Assembly (NCBI RefSeq): GCF_001457595.1
Contig: NZ_LN831039.1
Span: 3,630,001-3,662,000 of the forward strand
Reading direction: 5' to 3'
Source of the DNA: Mycolicibacterium smegmatis
GTDB taxonomy: Bacteria; Actinomycetota; Actinomycetes; Mycobacteriales; Mycobacteriaceae
DNA: 32,000 nucleotides
The position numbers were made by a program, and so were the translations under genes. Below the pieces are notes generated by a model that was not told the origin of the DNA, made no database searches, and saw only the letters and a program-made list of their open reading frames with translations. Within the stretch, counting starts at the first letter, position 1, and the number at the start of each line of letters is the position of its first letter. Of this stretch, positions 27,620 through 32,000 are shown one piece after another.

Positions 27620-28566
27620 CCGCCCGCGAGAATGGCGGCCAGCTGTGCCGGTTCGATGTTGCCGCCGGACACGATGGCCACCGCGGACCCGTCCGGGAGC
27701 GCGGCCTTGCGATAACCGGCGAGCGACACCGCGCCGCTGGGTTCGGCGACCAGGCGTGCCCGCAACGCCAGTTCCCTTACCGCCGAGCGGATCTCGTCCT
27801 CACTCACGGTGATCACGTCGTCGATGACCTGGCGCAGGTGCGCGAACGTCAACTCCGAAGGCGTCGACCGCAGCCCGTCGGCGATGGTCCGGTTCCGTTT
27901 CGCCACAGGCCATTCGACGATGCTCCCCAGTGCGAGAGACTCGGCGGTGTCGGCCGCGAGTTCGGGTTCCACCGCGAAGATCTTCGCCTTCGGGCGCAAC
28001 GCGCGGATCGCGGTGCCGATACCGGAGGCGAGCCCACCACCGCTGACGGGTATCAGCACGGTCGCGAGTTCGGGGAGGTCCTCGGCGATCTCGATGCCGA
28101 TCGTGCCCTGGCCCGCGATGATGTCGGGGTGGTCGAAGGGCGGGATCAGCACCGCACCCGTCTTCTCGACCAGTTCGGCGGCGGTGCGTTCACGCTCCCC
28201 CGCGCCGCACAGCACCACGTGGGCGCCGCGCCGACGGGTGGCCTCCACCTTGACCGCGGGCGTCTCTTCCGGCATCACGATATGGGCGGGCACGCCGTAG
28301 GCTGCGGCGGCATATGCCACGGCCTGGGCATGGTTGCCGCTCGAATAGGCCACCACACCCCGGGCCCTGGTATCTGTGTCGAGACGGCCCAGCGCGTTGA
28401 ACGCGCCGCGGATCTTGAACGCGCCGATGGGCTGCAGGGTCTCCGCCTTGAGCCACAGCGGGCAGCGGGGGTCACCCCAATCGGCGGCCAGCAGTGGGGT
28501 GCGCACGATGTCGGCCGCGATGCGCGCGGCTGCGCCGGAGATGTCGTCGAGGGTCACCAGGTCCAC
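27616..28566 (-). CDS. Threonine/serine dehydratase (PLP fold type II)
   Basis: LKAETLQPIGAFKIRGAFNALG (PLP Lys motif), YSSGNHAQAVAYAA, PVSGGGLASGIG. GTG 28566 or ATG 28629. Confidence 0.88.
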   Translation of the reverse strand: MDLVTLDDISGAAARIAADIVRTPLLAADWGDPRCPLWLKAETLQPIGAFKIRGAFNALGRLDTDTRARGVVAYSSGNHAQAVAYAAAAYGVPAHIVMPEETPAVKVEATRRRGAHVVLCGAGERERTAAELVEKTGAVLIPPFDHPDIIAGQGTIGIEIAEDLPELATVLIPVSGGGLASGIGTAIRALRPKAKIFAVEPELAADTAESLALGSIVEWPVAKRNRTIADGLRSTPSELTFAHLRQVIDDVITVSEDEIRSAVRELALRARLVAEPSGAVSLAGYRKAALPDGSAVAIVSGGNIEPAQLAAILAGG

Positions 28567-28661
28567 GTCGACCAGTCTTGCGCGCCGACCGTGGGCAGCA
28601 CAAAACGGGCCGTTCACTACGCTGGGCACGAAACGATCGAGACACCAGACATGCGAAGGCG

Positions 28662-29108
28662 GTGCACGTGGGCGGGTTCGACTTTGCGATCGTTCCGCGC
28701 TACGGCGAGGTCGACCAACAGGGTGTGGTGTTCAACGCGCACTACCTGACCTGGTTCGACGAGGCCTGCACCGCGTTTCTCGACCACCTCGGCGTGACCT
28801 ATCCGGGCCTCATCGAGTCCGGCCTGGACATCCAGGTGGTGCACACCGAGATCGACTTCGCCGCGCCGGTGCGGTGGCGCGACGACGTCCGCGTCGCGGT
28901 GACCTGCGAGCGCGTCGGCAACACGAGTTTCACGCTCGCGTTCACGGTGTTCGGATCGAACGCCACCACGCCCGAGCGGGCCGCGGTCGCGGGTCGCAAC
29001 GTCTACGTCGTCGTCTCAGGCACCGACTGGACCAAACGCGCCGTCCCCGACCGGCTCCGCGCCGCGCTCGACGCGGTCGCGGACCGGCACGCCGAACGAA
29101 TCCGCTGA
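28662..29108 (+). CDS. Acyl-CoA thioesterase (hotdog fold, 4HBT-like)
   Basis: RYGEVDQQGVVFNAHYLTWFDEACTAFLDHLG motif; GTG 28662 or 28668. Confidence 0.83.
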   Translation: MHVGGFDFAIVPRYGEVDQQGVVFNAHYLTWFDEACTAFLDHLGVTYPGLIESGLDIQVVHTEIDFAAPVRWRDDVRVAVTCERVGNTSFTLAFTVFGSNATTPERAAVAGRNVYVVVSGTDWTKRAVPDRLRAALDAVADRHAERIR

Positions 29109-29160
29109 GCAGCCGCGCTGTTTCGGCCAAGGCGGCAGGGCACGGCGGTAGTGTCTGCCC

Positions 29161-30204
29161 ATGGGTGACGATCACGGGCACGAGCACGGGCCGCGGCGTG
29201 AGCTGCCGCCCGGACTGACCGAACAACTCGACCTTCCCTACGCGGGCATGGTGTCGTTCGGGCACCGGCCGTTTCTGACCGAGACACAGCAACTCGACGA
29301 GTGGCGTCCCGACGTCGCGATCGTCGGAGCCCCGTTCGACATCGCGACCACCAACCGCCCGGGCGCGCGCTTCGGCCCGCGCGCGATTCGCGCGACGGCC
29401 TACGAACCGGGCACCTATCACCTGGATCTCGGCCTGGAGATCTTCGACTGGCTCGAGGTGGTCGATTTCGGTGACGCGTACTGCCCACACGGGCAGACCG
29501 AGGTGTCGCACGCCAACATCCGTGAGCGCGTGCACGCGGTCGCGTCCCGCGGCGTCGTCCCGGTGGTGCTCGGCGGGGACCATTCCATCACCTGGCCGTC
29601 GGCGACCGCCGTGGCCGATGTGCACGGCTACGGCAACGTCGGCATCGTGCATTTCGACGCCCACGCCGACACGGCCGACAACATCGAGGGCAACCTCGCG
29701 AGCCACGGCACCCCGATGCGCCGGCTCATCGAATCGGGCGCCGTGCCCGGCAGCCACTTCGTACAGGTCGGGCTGCGGGGTTACTGGCCGCCGCAGGACA
29801 CGTTCGAGTGGATGCTCGAACAGAAGATGACCTGGCACACCATGCAGGAGATCTGGGATCGCGGATTCAAGGCCGTGATGGACGACGCGGTCGGCGAGGC
29901 GCTGGCGAAGGCCGAAAAGCTCTATCTCTCCGTAGATATCGATGTTCTGGACCCGGCGCACGCGCCCGGCACGGGAACTCCCGAGCCGGGCGGGATCACC
30001 AGCGCCGACCTCTTACGCATGGTCCGGCAGTTGTGTCACCGCCACGACGTGGCCGGCGTCGACGTGGTCGAGGTCGCGCCCGCCTACGACCACGCCGAAC
30101 TGACAGTGAACGCCGCGCACCGCGTGGTGTTCGAGGCGCTCGCGGGTATGGCGGCGCGCAGGCGTGACGCGGCACAGGCCCAGCCGGGGCCACCCGCGCG
30201 ATAG
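29161..30204 (+). CDS. speB: Ureohydrolase family protein (agmatinase-like)
   Basis: Mn-binding motifs GGDHSITWP, HFDAHADT and SVDIDVLDPAHAPGTGTPEPGG. Family is certain; substrate is not. Confidence 0.82.
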   Translation: MGDDHGHEHGPRRELPPGLTEQLDLPYAGMVSFGHRPFLTETQQLDEWRPDVAIVGAPFDIATTNRPGARFGPRAIRATAYEPGTYHLDLGLEIFDWLEVVDFGDAYCPHGQTEVSHANIRERVHAVASRGVVPVVLGGDHSITWPSATAVADVHGYGNVGIVHFDAHADTADNIEGNLASHGTPMRRLIESGAVPGSHFVQVGLRGYWPPQDTFEWMLEQKMTWHTMQEIWDRGFKAVMDDAVGEALAKAEKLYLSVDIDVLDPAHAPGTGTPEPGGITSADLLRMVRQLCHRHDVAGVDVVEVAPAYDHAELTVNAAHRVVFEALAGMAARRRDAAQAQPGPPAR

Positions 30205-30283
30205 CGCCTGAAGCGTCGGCTGCATAGGTTTCCTCAGTTTGGGTATTCCCTAGCCCGATTCGTCACGGGCGAGGAGGCAGCCG

Positions 30284-32000
30284 ATGAGTTCAGGAGTGCA
30301 GACGGGCACCATCACCACACAGGTGCCCAGTCGGTTGGATCGGTTGCCGTGGTCGCGGTTCCACTGGCGGGTGGTGCTCGGACTCGGCGGGGTGTGGATC
30401 CTCGACGGCCTGGAAGTCACCATGGTCGGCAACGTCGCGTCCCGACTCACCGAGAGCGGCAGCGGGATCGAGCTCAGCGCGGGCCAGATCGGTATCGCCG
30501 CAGCGGTCTACATCACCGGAGCATGTCTGGGCGCGTTGTTCTTCGGTCAGCTCACCGACCGGTTCGGCCGCAAGAAGCTTTTCCTCCTCACCCTCGCTGT
30601 CTATCTCGTCGCCACGGTCGCAACGGCTTTCGCGTTCGCGCCGTGGTTCTTCTTCGTCTGCCGCTTCTTCACCGGAGCCGGCATAGGCGGCGAATAAGCC
30701 GCGATCAACTCCGCGATCGACGAGCTCATCCCTGCGCGGGTGCGCGGACGTGTCGACCTCATCATCAACGGCTCCTACTGGCTGGGCGCCGCAGGCGGCG
30801 CCCTGGGCGCACTGCTGCTGTTGAACACGGCGATCTTCCCGGCCGACATCGGGTGGCGCATCGCGTTCGGTATCGGCGCGGTCTTCGGCCTGGTGGTGCT
30901 GGTGGTGCGACGCCACGTGCCGGAGAGCCCACGATGGTTGTTCATCCACGGCCAGGAAGACGAGGCCGAGCGCGTGGTCGGTGAGATCGAGCGTGAGGTG
31001 GAACGCAGCACCGGCAGGCCCCTCGACGAGCCCGAAGGATCGCTGACGGTGCGTCAGCGCAAGACGATCTCGTTCGTCGAGATCGCGAAGGTCGCGTTCA
31101 CCAAGTACCCGAAGCGGGCGGTGCTCGGGCTCGCCCTGTTCATCGGGCAGGCATTCATCTACAACGCGTTCACCTTCAACCTCGGAACGCTGTTGAGCGG
31201 TTTCTTCGACGTCGCCTCGGGTGCGGTGCCGATCTTCTACGCGGTGTGGGCGTTGAGCAACTTCGCCGGGCCGATCCTGCTCGGCCGGCTGTTCGACACC
31301 GTCGGCCGCAAACCGATGATCGCGCTGGCCTACCTCGGCTCGGCCGCGGTCGCGGTCATCCTGACGGTCCTGTTCGTCAACGAGATCGGCGGCGTGTGGC
31401 TGTTCATGCTGGTGCTCGGCGTGTGCTTCTTCCTGGCGTCGTCGGGCGCGAGCGCGGCGTATCTCACGGTCAGCGAGATCTTCCCCATGGAGACGCGTGC
31501 GCTGGCCATCGCGTTCTTCTACGCGATCGGCACGGCCGTCGGCGGCATCACCGGTCCCCTGCTGTTCGGCCAGCTCATCGAGTCCGGCGAGCGCGGACTG
31601 GTCGCGGTGTCGTTCCTGATCGGCGCCGCAGTGATGGCGGTCGGCGGTGTGGTCGAACTGATCCTCGGGGTCAAGGCCGAGGGCCAGAAGCTCGAGGACC
31701 TCGCGATGCCGCTCACCGCCGATGAGGGCGACGGGGAGTCGGGCGGAGATGCCGAGAACGCCGATGATCAGGCCGACGAGCGGGCGCGGGCGCGCAAGGA
31801 ACGCGAAGCCCGCATCGCCGCACGTGTCGAGCGTCAGAGGGCCGCGCAGAGTCGTGCCCGGCGGTACCGTCCCGGCCCGCCCCCGGGTTGGGAGGGCGCT
31901 TGGCGCGAGCCGCCGACGCCCGGTGTGCCGGAGTCCGCGCTGGACCACGAGATCGACGCGATCGCGCGGGCCGTCGCCGACAATGAGTCGATGACGGTTC
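30284..32000 (+). pseudogene. MFS transporter (sugar/metabolite:H+ symporter-like) interrupted by in-frame TAA at 30695-30697; continues off the window end
   Basis: Same frame encodes [13 protein letters not shown] and [12 protein letters not shown]-stop-AAINSAIDELIPARVRGRVDLIINGSYWLG, then an uninterrupted transporter sequence with GRLFDTVGRKPM. GAGGAGG upstream of ATG 30284. Confidence 0.75.

Noticed and set aside
30290-31948. 552-aa minus-strand ORF over the interrupted MFS gene
   Set aside because: Considered as an alternative to the pseudogene call, but the plus frame encodes unmistakable MFS motifs on both sides of the TAA while this frame is Arg/Asp/Gln-rich shadow sequence.
1-32000. 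Defence island, prophage, integron, transposon or CRISPR content
   Set aside because: No transposase, integrase, phage structural genes, Cas proteins, toxin-antitoxin pairs, or regularly spaced direct repeats were seen; gene content is metabolic and regulatory.

Overview
A high-GC actinobacterial chromosome segment. Protein content strongly suggests a fast-growing Mycobacterium (Mycolicibacterium) close to M. smegmatis. The window is densely packed with ordinary protein-coding genes. I see no rRNA, tRNA, CRISPR array, transposase or prophage module, and I did not find a clearly new defence or mobile system. The most coherent system is a detached steroid/cholesterol-type locus at about 10.2-19.6 kb. 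It contains a CYP125-like P450, a 3alpha/20beta-hydroxysteroid-dehydrogenase-like SDR, a DapB-like oxidoreductase, a nitronate monooxygenase-like flavoprotein and a TetR regulator overlapping a molybdopterin oxidoreductase. Two exact matches and one single-mismatch match to the KstR operator (TnnAACnnGTTnnA) sit in its intergenic gaps. Downstream of the SDR, in the same direction, are a 75-aa protein, eis and cinA. Other notable points are: a FadR-type operator (TGGTAAGACCA) in front of a GntR regulator/sterol-desaturase-like pair; paired inverted repeats in front of an FAD oxidoreductase whose reading frame overruns into antisense cinA (probable 3' frameshift); and an in-frame TAA at a conserved position of an MFS transporter (probable pseudogene or sequence error). 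Start codons were chosen by judgement; family calls come from reading the translations, with no database search.
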